64,000 nt of DNA from an uncultured Christensenellaceae bacterium (GTDB taxonomy: Bacteria; Bacillota; Clostridia; Christensenellales; UBA3700). Shown piece by piece: positions 44,016-55,486 of this stretch. The DNA lies in the NCBI GenBank assembly GCA_944376205.1, contig CALWBV010000003.1:24059-88058 (forward strand). Reading direction: 5' to 3'. A program made the position numbers and the translations under genes. Below the pieces are notes generated by a model. It was given only the letters and a program-made list of their open reading frames with translations. It had not been told where the DNA came from and did no database searches. Position 1 is the stretch's first letter, and every line of letters starts with the position of its first letter.

Positions 44016-45479
44016 TTGTCAGATTTTATTACGGCAGTTGACAGAGTTGCGTTTTATCTCCCCGGCGGACGTCCCGTATATTGGTACGGTATCATGGTTA
44101 CGCTGGCGATACTTTGCGCTTTCGGACTGTTTATGTTGATATCGTATAAAAAGGGAATAGATATTGATTTTTCACTCGAATTGTTTATTTGGGTGGTTCC
44201 GCTTGCGGTCGTATTTTGCAGACTTTTCTATGTTGTTCCCAGATTGGGCACGGAGTATCATCTTGACAGCTGGCAGGGATTTGTCGATACGATAAACATA
44301 TCAAACGGCGGTTTAACGATAATAGGCGGTATTTTCGGCGGAGCGCTGGGAATATTCTTCTGTTGTCTGCGCAATAGAAAATATACGTTTGCGCAAGTTG
44401 CAGACTGCGTGGTAATCGCACTGTTGCTCGGTCAGATCATCGGCAGATGGGGTAATTTTTTCAATCAGGAACTATACGGCGTAGAAGTTACACAGGATTG
44501 GATGAAACACTTCCCCTTGGCGGTATATATCGAGAGTACGGGAACATGGCATTATGCGTCATTCTTCTATGAGGGAGTACTCAATGCAATAGGTCTTGCC
44601 ATTGCGCTTGTAATATTCTTTGTACCTAAAAAACCGATCAAAACAGGTACGATAATGATATTCTACGTAGGTTGGTACGGACTTGTAAGAGGTTCGTTGG
44701 AGTTTATCAAGGGCACGGATCCTATGACGATAGGCAATACCGAGATTAAAATGGTACAGCTTATATGTTATACAATGCTTATAGTCGCAATAGTTCTTAT
44801 GATACTTTTGCAATTGGGTAAGATACGTTTTGAGACGAAGTGGTTCCAAAGACTCTGCGAAAAGAAAAGAGAAGAGACTGCCAAGAAATTGGCAGCCGAA
44901 GGCGTGGATGCAAACGGCGAAAGCGGGGAGCCTTCAGAAATGAACGTTAATCCTGTTTGCGGCGACTCTGTCGCAGAAGAAGTATCGGGCAATGACGAAA
45001 GAGCCGATGAGGTTTCTGTGTCGGATACGTCTTTGAACGACGTTGAAATGAGTGCAGAGATTTCAAAAAATGCTGCGCAGGCAGAAAAAAGCGAAACCGA
45101 CGTAAAAATCTCTCAAGATAACACCACGGATAAGAAAAAATCGTCAAAAAAGAGTCATGCTGATAATCAAGAGACAAATACGGCTCGTCTGGCAGACGTA
45201 AAGACGGCATCTGAAGAAACAGACGGAGTAAAAACCGAAAGTGTTTCTCAAGCTGTTAAAGAAGAAAACCCGACTAAAACGGCGGCTTCAAAGAAAACGA
45301 CAAGTACATCTGTAAAAAAATCGGCTTCAAGCAGTCAGACTGCAAAGAAAAAACCGGCAAATTCTACCGCAAAGAAATCTTCCGATACGGCGGCAACTTC
45401 TTCAAAAACGAAAACGGCTAAAAAGAATGAAGTCCGAGATAATGACAATGCGGATAAAAACACAGATACAATACAATAA
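44016..45479 (+). CDS. lgt: prolipoprotein diacylglyceryl transferase with a low-complexity K/S/T/A/E-rich C-terminal tail of about 210 aa
   Basis: Lgt core (YWYGIM, GQIIGRWGNFFNQELYG). AAGGAG RBS before TTG 44016. The tail begins at about residue 275. Confidence 0.85.
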   Translation: MSDFITAVDRVAFYLPGGRPVYWYGIMVTLAILCAFGLFMLISYKKGIDIDFSLELFIWVVPLAVVFCRLFYVVPRLGTEYHLDSWQGFVDTINISNGGLTIIGGIFGGALGIFFCCLRNRKYTFAQVADCVVIALLLGQIIGRWGNFFNQELYGVEVTQDWMKHFPLAVYIESTGTWHYASFFYEGVLNAIGLAIALVIFFVPKKPIKTGTIMIFYVGWYGLVRGSLEFIKGTDPMTIGNTEIKMVQLICYTMLIVAIVLMILLQLGKIRFETKWFQRLCEKKREETAKKLAAEGVDANGESGEPSEMNVNPVCGDSVAEEVSGNDERADEVSVSDTSLNDVEMSAEISKNAAQAEKSETDVKISQDNTTDKKKSSKKSHADNQETNTARLADVKTASEETDGVKTESVSQAVKEENPTKTAASKKTTSTSVKKSASSSQTAKKKPANSTAKKSSDTAATSSKTKTAKKNEVRDNDNADKNTDTIQ

Positions 45480-45602
45480 ATAAACGTACATTCTCGGCAA
45501 TCTTATGATTGCCGAATTCCAAAGATAGAGAAAGAGTTTTAAGGCAAAGGACAAGAGCGCCTGCCTCCACCGATAAGGCATATCTGAATACAAAGGAGTA
45601 AT

Positions 45603-47033
45603 ATGAGGAATTTAACTTTACTTACAGATTTATATCAACTTACTATGATGTACGGATACAGCAAGTACGAGCAAATGGACAAGGTTGCCGTATTTGACGT
45701 ATTTTACAGAGGAGTTGGTAATAACTATGCGATTGCGTGCGGTTTGGAACAGGTAGTGGATTATGTTCTTAACTTAAAATTCGAGGAAGACGATATTCAA
45801 TATTTGCGTTCGCTCAAGATTTTTGACGAAGATTTTCTCAACCTTCTCAAAAATTTCAAGTTTACAGGAGATATATACGCTGTGCCCGAAGGCACTGTCG
45901 TATTTCCGCAGGAGCCGATTCTTACGGTAAAGGCGAGAATGTTCGAGGCACAGTTTATCGAGACGGCAATACTTTGCATTCTCAATCACCAGACTCTTAT
46001 CGCTACCAAGACGGCAAAGATAGTTTATGCGGCAAAGGGCAGAGCTATTGCAGAATTCGGTTTGCGCCGTGCGCAAGGACCCGATGCCGGCATATACGGC
46101 GCCAGAGCGGCTATGATAGCAGGATGTCAATCTACGTCAAACGTGCTTGCAGGCAAGATGTTTGACGTACCCGTATCGGGAACGCATGCGCATAGCTGGG
46201 TAATGAGTTTTCCTTCCGAACTGGAAGCGTTCAGAGCTTATGCCGATATATATCCCGACAAATGTCTTTTGCTTTGCGATACCTACGATACGCTCGGAAG
46301 CGGTGTTCCCAATGCCATTACGGTATTCAACGAATTGAGAGAAAAAGGCTATGAGCCTCTCGGAATACGTCTTGACAGCGGCGATTTGGCATATCTTTCC
46401 AAAGAGGCGAGAAAGATGCTTGACGCAGCAGGATTTCCCGATGCGAAGATTTTTGCAAGCGGAGACATAGACGAAAACGTTTTGCAGTCGCTTGACAGCC
46501 AGAATGCGGCAATCGATTGCTACGGCATAGGTACAAAGCTTATTACGAGTATGGATTGTCCCAGTCTCGGAGGCGTGTATAAGCTTGCAGGTATAGAGAA
46601 TGATGGTGTACTTCAACCCAAACTCAAGATGAGCGATACTCCTGCGAAGATTACAAATCCAGGCTTTAAGAAGATTGTCAGACTTTACGACAAAAATACC
46701 GATAAAGCAATTGCAGATCTTATATGTCTTATGGATGAGAACTTTGACGGACTCGAAGAATTGGAAATATTCCATCCTGATTTTTCGTGGAAACGCAAGA
46801 CCGTTACCAATTTTTACGCTAAAAATCTTGTAGTGCAGGTAATCAGACAAGGAAAGCTCGTATATGATTTCCCTACCGTAAAAGAGATTGCGGCTTATCA
46901 CAAGACAAGTTACGGAGAATTCTGGAACGAGTACAAGCGTATGCTCAATCCTCATATATATAAAGTGGATTTGTCGCAAAAACTTTACGATCTGAAACAA
47001 AAACTTCTCAAGGACTACAAGCCAAAGGGTTGA
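45603..47033 (+). CDS. pncB: nicotinate phosphoribosyltransferase
   Basis: LLTDLYQLTM start, FGLRRAQG and SGTHAHSWVM motifs; 476 aa. Confidence 0.9.
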   Translation: MRNLTLLTDLYQLTMMYGYSKYEQMDKVAVFDVFYRGVGNNYAIACGLEQVVDYVLNLKFEEDDIQYLRSLKIFDEDFLNLLKNFKFTGDIYAVPEGTVVFPQEPILTVKARMFEAQFIETAILCILNHQTLIATKTAKIVYAAKGRAIAEFGLRRAQGPDAGIYGARAAMIAGCQSTSNVLAGKMFDVPVSGTHAHSWVMSFPSELEAFRAYADIYPDKCLLLCDTYDTLGSGVPNAITVFNELREKGYEPLGIRLDSGDLAYLSKEARKMLDAAGFPDAKIFASGDIDENVLQSLDSQNAAIDCYGIGTKLITSMDCPSLGGVYKLAGIENDGVLQPKLKMSDTPAKITNPGFKKIVRLYDKNTDKAIADLICLMDENFDGLEELEIFHPDFSWKRKTVTNFYAKNLVVQVIRQGKLVYDFPTVKEIAAYHKTSYGEFWNEYKRMLNPHIYKVDLSQKLYDLKQKLLKDYKPKG

Positions 47034-47060
47034 CATTCTATTACAAATTAAGACAAAATA

Positions 47061-47097
47061 ACAGGTTATTGCCAACGGCAAAAGCCTGTTTTTTTTT
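47061..47097 (+). terminator. intrinsic terminator of pncB
   Basis: acagg..ttgcc-aac-ggcaa..cctgt compound stem followed by T9. Confidence 0.8.
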
Positions 47098-47134
47098 GTA
47101 TAATGTACTTACAAAAAATATTAAGAGGTGAGAT

Positions 47135-47611
47135 ATGAATTTTGCAACAGCCAGAAAAGGATACGACAGATTTCAGGTACAGGAATACATCAAGGATATG
47201 ACGGATAAATACGAAAAGACAATTATGGGACTCAGGGACAGAGTAGAAGGATTAAAAAGAGAAAACGGCGAACTTACGCACAAGGTCGATTTGCTCAAAC
47301 ACGATCAGGACAGTATAAACCTTGCGCTCACTCAAGCTATCGACAAGGCAAAGAATATAGAGTATTCGTCAAAAGTAAAATTTGCGCTTGAGGGAGAAAG
47401 ACTCAAGATATTTTCTTCGAAGTGGCAGTCTTATTGCAAGGCAAACTGCAATACCGTCGATAAGAGTCAGCGAGACAACGTAGTGGCAAAACTCAAGGAG
47501 TTTGAGGGAGAACTCGTAGATTTGATGAATAAAGAACTCAATATCGGAGATTATGTCAACGAAGCCGAACAGGATTATTTCAGCGAAAACAGACGTCTCA
47601 ACAAAGATTAA
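47135..47611 (+). CDS. DivIVA-domain protein
   Basis: N-terminal F..ARKGYDRFQVQEYI, matching the DivIVA/GpsB N-domain pattern, then a coiled coil. 158 aa. Confidence 0.65.
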   Translation: MNFATARKGYDRFQVQEYIKDMTDKYEKTIMGLRDRVEGLKRENGELTHKVDLLKHDQDSINLALTQAIDKAKNIEYSSKVKFALEGERLKIFSSKWQSYCKANCNTVDKSQRDNVVAKLKEFEGELVDLMNKELNIGDYVNEAEQDYFSENRRLNKD

Positions 47612-47685
47612 AATAAAAAATCAAGATTAGATGAAGATATATAAATATCAATGTTTATCATAAATCCCCAATATATATCCCTATT

Positions 47686-47715
47686 AAAAAAAGCCCTCTT
47701 TCGAGGGCTTTTTTT
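47686..47715. terminator. bidirectional terminator (DivIVA-domain gene on +, groEL on -)
   Basis: An A6 run, agccctc-tttc-gagggct, then a T7 run. Confidence 0.9.
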
Positions 47716-47732
47716 ATGTTGTGAGCTTTTGA

Positions 47733-49376
<1,644 letters not shown>

Positions 49377-49664
49377 TTATTTTTCTACGATAGCAAGTAC
49401 GTCGCTCTGTTTGAGGATAGTTACTTCTTCTCCGTCGAGTTTGAAGTCACTGCCTGCATACTTATTGTAGAGTACGACATCGCCGACTTTGATTTGCATT
49501 ACGACGTCTTTTCCGTCGATAAGTCCGCCGGGACCGACGGCGAGAACTTTAGCCATCTGGGGCTTTTCTTGTGCAGAGTCGGGCAATACGAGACCGCTTG
49601 AAGTCTTCGTAGCACTTTCTATCTCCTTGATTACTATTCTGTCAAATAACGGTTTTATAGTCAT
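49377..49664 (-). CDS. groS: co-chaperonin GroES
   Basis: 95 aa; IKPLFDRIVIK...GLVLPDSAQEKP. AGGAGG RBS. Confidence 0.98.
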   Translation of the reverse strand: MTIKPLFDRIVIKEIESATKTSSGLVLPDSAQEKPQMAKVLAVGPGGLIDGKDVVMQIKVGDVVLYNKYAGSDFKLDGEEVTILKQSDVLAIVEK

Positions 49665-49685
49665 ATTAAAAACGCCTCCTTTAAT

Positions 49686-49712
49686 TTAGCACTTGACCAT
49701 CTTGACTGCTAA
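49686..49712. promoter_or_regulatory. CIRCE operator (HrcA binding site)
   Basis: ttagcactt-N9-gactgctaa versus the consensus TTAGCACTC-N9-GAGTGCTAA, 22 nt upstream of the groES start. Confidence 0.9.
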
Positions 49713-49887
49713 CAGAGTAATTATAGCACCAAAAATTGAATATGTAAATATTTTTATGTAAAATGTAATAAATATTTTTATAATTTTTATAGAAAAAATA
49801 CAAATAGTTGAATTTGACGTCAAGCTATGATATTATATAGTAAATTCATACAAAAAATGCGTATTTTTTTAATAAAAAGGTGAGAGA

Positions 49888-50346
49888 ATGGATAAATGGG
49901 ATAAAAGATTCGTGCAGATGGCAGACACGGTGGCTACGTGGTCGAGTTGTATCAAGGGAGACAGACATGTAGGCGCTGTGATAGTCAAAGATAAGAGAAT
50001 TTTGACTACGGGATACAACGGCGCTTCCAGCGGAATTTTAAGTTGTGTAGAGAGAGGAGAATGTCTAAGAGTAAAACTCAATATACCTTCGGGTACAAGG
50101 CACGAACTCTGTTATGCCGTGCATGCCGAGCAAAACGCAATTATTCAGGCGGCAAAACTCGGTATATCTGTAGACGGTGCTACGCTTTACTGTACGCATC
50201 AGCCTTGTGTGATATGCGCAAAGATGATAATAAACGCAGGTATAAAGAGGGTTGTATATAAATACGGCTATCCCGACGAATTTTCCATGCATTTGTTCAG
50301 TCAGGCAGGAGTAACTGTCGAACAGTTCAATGACGACGAACAATAA
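49888..50346 (+). CDS. comEB: dCMP deaminase (ComEB family)
   Basis: Zinc motifs HAEQNAI and PCVICAKMI; 152 aa. Confidence 0.85.
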   Translation: MDKWDKRFVQMADTVATWSSCIKGDRHVGAVIVKDKRILTTGYNGASSGILSCVERGECLRVKLNIPSGTRHELCYAVHAEQNAIIQAAKLGISVDGATLYCTHQPCVICAKMIINAGIKRVVYKYGYPDEFSMHLFSQAGVTVEQFNDDEQ

Positions 50347-50457
50347 AATCGTTGTATTCTTGCTGAATCATATTTGAAAAACAAAACGTCAATCGATTAT
50401 TGCCAATTCATCAGAATAGACAACGTACTATGAAACAGCGAACGTTATATTTTATCA

Positions 50458-50481
50458 GATCCGCAATTTTGCGGATTTTTT
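50458..50481 (+). terminator. intrinsic terminator
   Basis: atccgc-aatttt-gcggat followed by T6. Confidence 0.75.
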
Positions 50482-50691
50482 ATGCTTTAATTGGGAATTA
50501 TGAGGTTTTTATATCGAATAAAAGACTGTTATTACGGCGGCGTGAATACGGTGAAAAAACAGAGAGAATATGAAGGGCTTTTGATGACATCGATATATTT
50601 ATGTATATCGTAAGCAAAAAAGTGTCGATATAGCAGATAAAAAATACGGCGTTAATATAATAATCTGTCAAAATACGACATATTCTTTAAT

Positions 50692-51711
50692 ATGGATTAC
50701 AGTAATTATTATCTCAGGAATTATTTCAGATATCACCGTGAAGACGAATTTGACGATGACGAATATACCGTCATAGACGAGCCGTCGGTGGAGGAACCGA
50801 GCGAAGTTAGTGTCGACGAAACTCCCGAACAGCCAAAACCGCATAAATATTACGCGCGAGGAGTGGAAATCGAAGTTGTCCCTCAACTTACCAGTATGGT
50901 AAATACGAATTACCGTGTGAGCGAAGACGATGTTATTATAGACATTGAACCGCAGGTCAGCGACAGATCGGACTCAAGGCGCAGGGGCGTTATAATGACT
51001 TTGGCGATAATTGCGTGTCTGCTGTTGACGATAGTTGTGGGGGATTTTGCGACTGAAGGAGCTTTGCTTGACGGAATTACTTCGCTGTATAAGACGGCAG
51101 AGGTGAGTAAAAGCAATTATTATCTATTGATATATAAGAGTACGTCGAGTTATCAGCAAGCACGTGTATTCAGCGATCAGATGAGATTGCAGGGCGGCGG
51201 AGGTTATATACTCAAAAACGGCGATAACTATTTGCTCATAGCCGATGTGTACGATGATTTGAACGAAGCAAACGCCGTAGTCGAAAAAAACAGCGGAAGC
51301 GAACTGTTGAGTTATAGCATAGAATCTCAAAATTATGCAGATTTGCTTGCGGGGGGCAGTGAATTAATGGTAAGCATGGGCGGCTATTCTGTAAGTATAG
51401 TAGAACAGCTTGCCACGATAGGCGAAAGTCTGACCAAACTCGAGATAGACAAGAGTGAGGCGCTGGAACGTATCAATACGCTGGATAGTAATTTGAGGCT
51501 TAAATATGACGAACTTGCCAAGGAAGACGTTACTTCAAACTATAACATAAAAATACTTATGGCGGATATAGATACTACTTTGGGACTTTTGGAGAATCTT
51601 CTTGCCGATTCGCAGTCACGCCCCAATCTCGTATGCGATATAAGATATACAAAAGTGCAGATCGTATTGAATTATTACACGACAGCACAGAAAATGGCAC
51701 AAGAAATGTAG
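50692..51711 (+). CDS. membrane-anchored protein with a SPOR-like domain
   Basis: Acidic N-terminus, one TM helix (VIMTLAIIACLLLTIVV), then YYLLIYKSTSSYQQARVFSDQMRLQGGGGYILKNGDNYLLIADVYDDLNEANAVV, which fits the SPOR beta-alpha-beta-beta pattern. No clear RBS. Confidence 0.55.
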   Translation: MDYSNYYLRNYFRYHREDEFDDDEYTVIDEPSVEEPSEVSVDETPEQPKPHKYYARGVEIEVVPQLTSMVNTNYRVSEDDVIIDIEPQVSDRSDSRRRGVIMTLAIIACLLLTIVVGDFATEGALLDGITSLYKTAEVSKSNYYLLIYKSTSSYQQARVFSDQMRLQGGGGYILKNGDNYLLIADVYDDLNEANAVVEKNSGSELLSYSIESQNYADLLAGGSELMVSMGGYSVSIVEQLATIGESLTKLEIDKSEALERINTLDSNLRLKYDELAKEDVTSNYNIKILMADIDTTLGLLENLLADSQSRPNLVCDIRYTKVQIVLNYYTTAQKMAQEM

Positions 51712-51724
51712 TTGTAAAACAATA

Positions 51725-51749
51725 AAAGCCTTCGCAAGAAGGCTTTTTG
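51725..51749 (+). terminator. intrinsic terminator
   Basis: aagccttc-gcaa-gaaggctt followed by T5. Confidence 0.85.
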
Positions 51750-51821
51750 TATGTTGATTATGCGGCGGCTGATTGAGAAGCCGATACAAATGTGCTTTGT
51801 CAAAGGCTTTATAAGTCTTTA

Positions 51822-52673
51822 TTATTTTGTACGTATAAGGTAATATACGATATTGCTTTCGGGGTTGGGTCTGGCAGGTTTGATTTCAAAGTCTTTATTG
51901 GCTTTGAAAAGTTCGCTCAATTTTGTGTAACCGTAATTTCTGCTGTCGAAATCGCTGTAAAGTTTATATAAGCGATTGCCTATATCTGCAAGACTTGCCC
52001 AACCGTCCTCGTCTGCGAGTTCGGGAAGAATTTCCGTCTTTATGAGTTTTGCTATTGCAGACCAGGGCATAACGGCGGTTTCCTCGTCTTTTTCGTCTTT
52101 TAAGTCGTCGTCTTTAGTTTCGTTGTTTGCCGTCTTTGAGGACTTTTTGGATTTATCGCTTTTTTCGGGTTTTGCAGGAGCCTTCTTTTCGGCTTTTTTG
52201 TCTTTATCCTTGTCGTTTTCTTTGTTGAGTATATCCAGAAGAATAAATTTTTCGCAAGATTTTCTGAAAGCAAGAGGAGTTTTTTCTTCGCCCATGCCGA
52301 TGACAAACATTCCGGCTTCACGGAGTCTCGAGGCAAGTTTTGTAAAGTCGCTGTCTGAAGACACTATGCAAAAGCCCTCGACGTTGCCTGAATAGAGTAT
52401 ATCCATTGCATCAATGACAAGAGTTATGTCCGAAGAATTTTTGCCTGCGTTTTTATTTTTCTGCGAGGTGTTGGAATATTGCTGGACGGGAGTAAGAGAA
52501 TATTTGAGCATGTCTTCGCTGGTCCAGTTGATTTTACCGGATGTGAAATCGCCGTAAATACGTCTGTATGTCGTAGTGCCGTATTTGGCAAGTTCCTGCA
52601 TGATAATCTTTCTGTAATTGCGTGAAATATTTTCCGCATCTATGAGTAGCGCTATTTTTTTATCCTGATTCAT
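51822..52673 (-). CDS. NYN-domain (LabA-like) protein with a C-terminal OST-HTH/LOTUS-like domain
   Basis: KIALLIDAENIS...YGDF...DITLVIDAMD...FCIVSSDSDFTKLASRLREAGMFVIGMG is the NYN pattern. A K/E-rich linker follows, then WASLADIGNRLYKLYSDFDSRNYGYTKLSELF. Confidence 0.75.
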   Translation of the reverse strand: MNQDKKIALLIDAENISRNYRKIIMQELAKYGTTTYRRIYGDFTSGKINWTSEDMLKYSLTPVQQYSNTSQKNKNAGKNSSDITLVIDAMDILYSGNVEGFCIVSSDSDFTKLASRLREAGMFVIGMGEEKTPLAFRKSCEKFILLDILNKENDKDKDKKAEKKAPAKPEKSDKSKKSSKTANNETKDDDLKDEKDEETAVMPWSAIAKLIKTEILPELADEDGWASLADIGNRLYKLYSDFDSRNYGYTKLSELFKANKDFEIKPARPNPESNIVYYLIRTK

Positions 52674-52883
52674 AAAACTCCTTTTGGGGATAAGGGCACA
52701 AATGCCGACTTATAAAATATACGGTACATTTATAAATTGCCGTATACAATAATTATAATATATTTTTATTATTTTATCAATACTATGCAATCAATGATTT
52801 TCTCTGTAAGGATTATATATTTGAAGAGTTTAGTTTTATAAAGCTTTGATATGAAAAAGATTGTTTTCAAAAGCTTTTTGCAA

Positions 52884-52906
52884 CAAAAAAGCCACTAAAA
52901 AGTGGC
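52884..52906 (-). terminator. intrinsic terminator of the SRP RNA gene
   Basis: gccact-aaaa-agtggc, with a U-tract on the minus strand from the A-run at 52885-52890. Confidence 0.8.
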
Positions 52907-52920
52907 GAATTTGCTAAAAA

Positions 52921-53186
52921 CTGTGCATCTGTTGTCGATAGTGACTACCCAAGCGTTACCAAAACAGTTAACTCCTCCAAAGCTACCTTGTGGCACATCA
53001 AACGGTCTGCTTAATGCTGCTACGGTCAAGTCCTGACATGGTTCACAGTGAATGATTGCACAAGACCTTGGTATCAACATCACTTATTAAGGGCAGGCCT
53101 CACATAGCCAAAACCTCGAACAGCGTTCAGTCCTGCTATTGCGGATTGCAGGTACAGGGCACCGCAAGCTCCCCACCTAGCACAGC
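52921..53186 (-). ncRNA. ffs: signal recognition particle RNA, long Bacillus type (about 266 nt, with an Alu-like domain)
   Basis: The minus strand reads gctgtgctaggtggggagcttgcggtgccctgtacctgcaatccgc...gaaccatgtcaggacttgaccgtagcagcattaagcag...taacgcttgggtagtcactatcgacaacagatgcacag. This is collinear with B. subtilis scRNA as I recall it, including the helix-8 GUCAGG...AGCAGC motif. The ends are approximate. Confidence 0.85.
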
Positions 53187-53192
53187 GATTAT

Positions 53193-53221
53193 AGTATAGA
53201 TTATTTTTGAGAAGTTGTCAA
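53193..53221 (-). promoter_or_regulatory. promoter of the SRP RNA gene
   Basis: On the minus strand: TTGACA (53221-53216), 17 nt, TATACT (53198-53193). Confidence 0.65.
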
Positions 53222-53439
53222 CATCTATATAAATTTTTATGATAAGGCAGTCAAAAATAGTGAAAAAACAACCTCAATCAACAATAAATCCATATTGTAA
53301 GCGGCTTATAAGACATAAAGTCAAAACAAAACTAATATACATTATTGAAGAGCGAAAGCAATTCGTTGAAATAATACAAAATGCGACAATAGCAGACAAA
53401 AACACGCATATGTCAGATGCTATTATCTAGGGGTAAGAA

Positions 53440-54210
53440 ATGTTTGTTTCGATAAGAAAAAAATCAATAGTTGCGTTTGCTGTAATCATTGTGCTGGCGG
53501 CGGTATGTATGATAGGAATATCCAATGAAAACGTTACTGCTGTATTCAATAACAACAGTCTTCGCAAAGTTCCCGTATACAGCGTCGATACGGACGAAAA
53601 GGTTGTGGCTTTGACGTTTGACGCAGCTTGGGGTGCGGATAAAACGCAGGGAATACTCGATATTCTGGAGAAACACGGAGTTGACGGTACTTTCTTTCTT
53701 GTGGGATTCTGGATAGACAAATATCCCGAAATGGTGGAGAAGATAGCGCAAAGCGGTTGTGATATCGGCAATCATTCAAACAATCATCTCAATATGAGTA
53801 CGCTCGATAAGACAAAAATCGAAGATGAACTCGATTATGTGAGCGGCAGAGTTGAGGAGTTGACGGGAAAAACACCGGCATTTTTCAGACCTCCTTTCGG
53901 AGATTACAATAATTCTCTTCTTGAGGTTGTGGAAAGTAAGGGAATGATAGGAGTGCAGTGGTCGGTGGATTCGCTTGACTGGCAGGGGAAAAGTGCGACG
54001 GAGATATTGTCGAGAGTGTCAAAGGGTGTAAAAAACGGATCTATAATCCTTTTCCACAACAACAGTGACAATATATTGGAAGCCTTGCCGTTGGTTATTG
54101 CAAATCTCAAAAATCAGGGATATAAGATGGTAAAGCTTTCGGATATGGTATATACGCAAAACTATACGATAGACAACAACGGCGTACAGCATAAAGCAAA
54201 CGCCGCATGA
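53440..54210 (+). CDS. polysaccharide deacetylase (NodB homology domain, PdaA/PdaB-like) with an N-terminal signal anchor
   Basis: VALTFDAAWG, TFFLVG and GNHSNNH NodB motifs. N-terminal hydrophobic helix SIVAFAVIIVLAAVCMIGI. Confidence 0.85.
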   Translation: MFVSIRKKSIVAFAVIIVLAAVCMIGISNENVTAVFNNNSLRKVPVYSVDTDEKVVALTFDAAWGADKTQGILDILEKHGVDGTFFLVGFWIDKYPEMVEKIAQSGCDIGNHSNNHLNMSTLDKTKIEDELDYVSGRVEELTGKTPAFFRPPFGDYNNSLLEVVESKGMIGVQWSVDSLDWQGKSATEILSRVSKGVKNGSIILFHNNSDNILEALPLVIANLKNQGYKMVKLSDMVYTQNYTIDNNGVQHKANAA

Positions 54211-54232
54211 TTATATAACATTGGAGGGTAGT

Positions 54233-54898
54233 ATGAACTACGAACAGATGAACAACAATAAGTTGCAATTGATCGGCGAGGTTGTAAAAGAGCCGGTTTA
54301 CACACACGAAGTATTCGGAGAGGGATTTTACGAGACGGCTTTGTCTGTGCCCAGATTGTCACAGCAGAAGGATATCATACCTATTACGATATCCGACAGG
54401 CTTTTGACCAGGCACAGCGTTAAAGTAGGAGATAAACTCAATATCGTGGGACAATTCAGAAGTTACAATAAGATCGACGGTGCAAAATCCAAACTTTTGC
54501 TTACGGCTTTCGTGAGAGATATACTTGAAGACGATGTCAATCAAAACCCCAACAGTATAGAGATTACGGGATATATTTGCAAGCCGCCCGTATATCGCAC
54601 AACGCCGTTCAAAAGAGAGATTTGCGATGTATTGATAGCTGTCAACAGGGCATATTACAAGTCTGATTATATACCTTGTATAATGTGGGGCAGAAATGCG
54701 AGATTTGTTCAAAATATGCAAGTCGGAGATAAATTGACCGTAACAGGCAGAGTACAAAGCAGAACATACGTCAAGACGCTGGGAAACAGTGAAGTTGAGG
54801 AGAGAGTTGCGTACGAAGTATCGGTAAGCAAGATAGTAACGGGAGATTTTAAGCATAATTACGATGTGGAGATAGCCAGCACGCTTGTTGAGCAATAA
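54233..54898 (+). CDS. SSB-like protein made of two tandem OB-fold repeats
   Basis: Internal duplication: LQLIGEVVKEPVYTHEVFG...VGDKLNIVGQFRSYN versus IEITGYICKPPVYRTTPFK...VGDKLTVTGRVQSRTY. Each half fits the SSB/PriB OB pattern. Start set at ATG 54233 (GGAGGG RBS). Confidence 0.6.
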   Translation: MNYEQMNNNKLQLIGEVVKEPVYTHEVFGEGFYETALSVPRLSQQKDIIPITISDRLLTRHSVKVGDKLNIVGQFRSYNKIDGAKSKLLLTAFVRDILEDDVNQNPNSIEITGYICKPPVYRTTPFKREICDVLIAVNRAYYKSDYIPCIMWGRNARFVQNMQVGDKLTVTGRVQSRTYVKTLGNSEVEERVAYEVSVSKIVTGDFKHNYDVEIASTLVEQ

Positions 54899-55486
54899 TT
54901 GAAAATAAGAATAATATATTCTAGAATAATTATGAATTAAGTTGATTTTTATAATAATCGACGTAAATTAGAAGTATTTTAGTAAAATAAGGTCAATTTT
55001 TCAAGTTGATAAGACATAGCGAAAATATAGTGACCAACAAACGTCATGACAATATTAGTCAAAAAAGTATTCAAACAGTCTTTCTCTATAAAACATATTT
55101 GAGGAGGGCTGTTTTTCTTATTCGCTTTAGATATCGAATTTATAAAATATCACAATCACAACTTATAACTTGACATATTGTTTTCGCTCGGTTTTTTGTA
55201 TGAAAATCATTGTCCGATATTAATCCGACAATATGAACGTATTGATTGAAAATTGGTTGGTATTTTATTCAAATTGTTTATTTTCATCTTTGTGATCAAT
55301 CGAAAAACAATGCGGCTTTTGAAATTGTTCGGATTAAAATTCAGTAAAAGCATTATACATGGCAAAAGGATGAGTATTGATGTATATTAAGCGGTATTGA
55401 AAATTCGTGCTTCTTATTTTATTATTTTATTTACAAGCGGATATATTTGTGCTATACTCTAAATATAAAGTTACGGCGGTGACGGT

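Noticed and set aside
52895-53083. 62-aa minus-strand ORF
   Set aside because: It lies wholly inside the SRP RNA gene.
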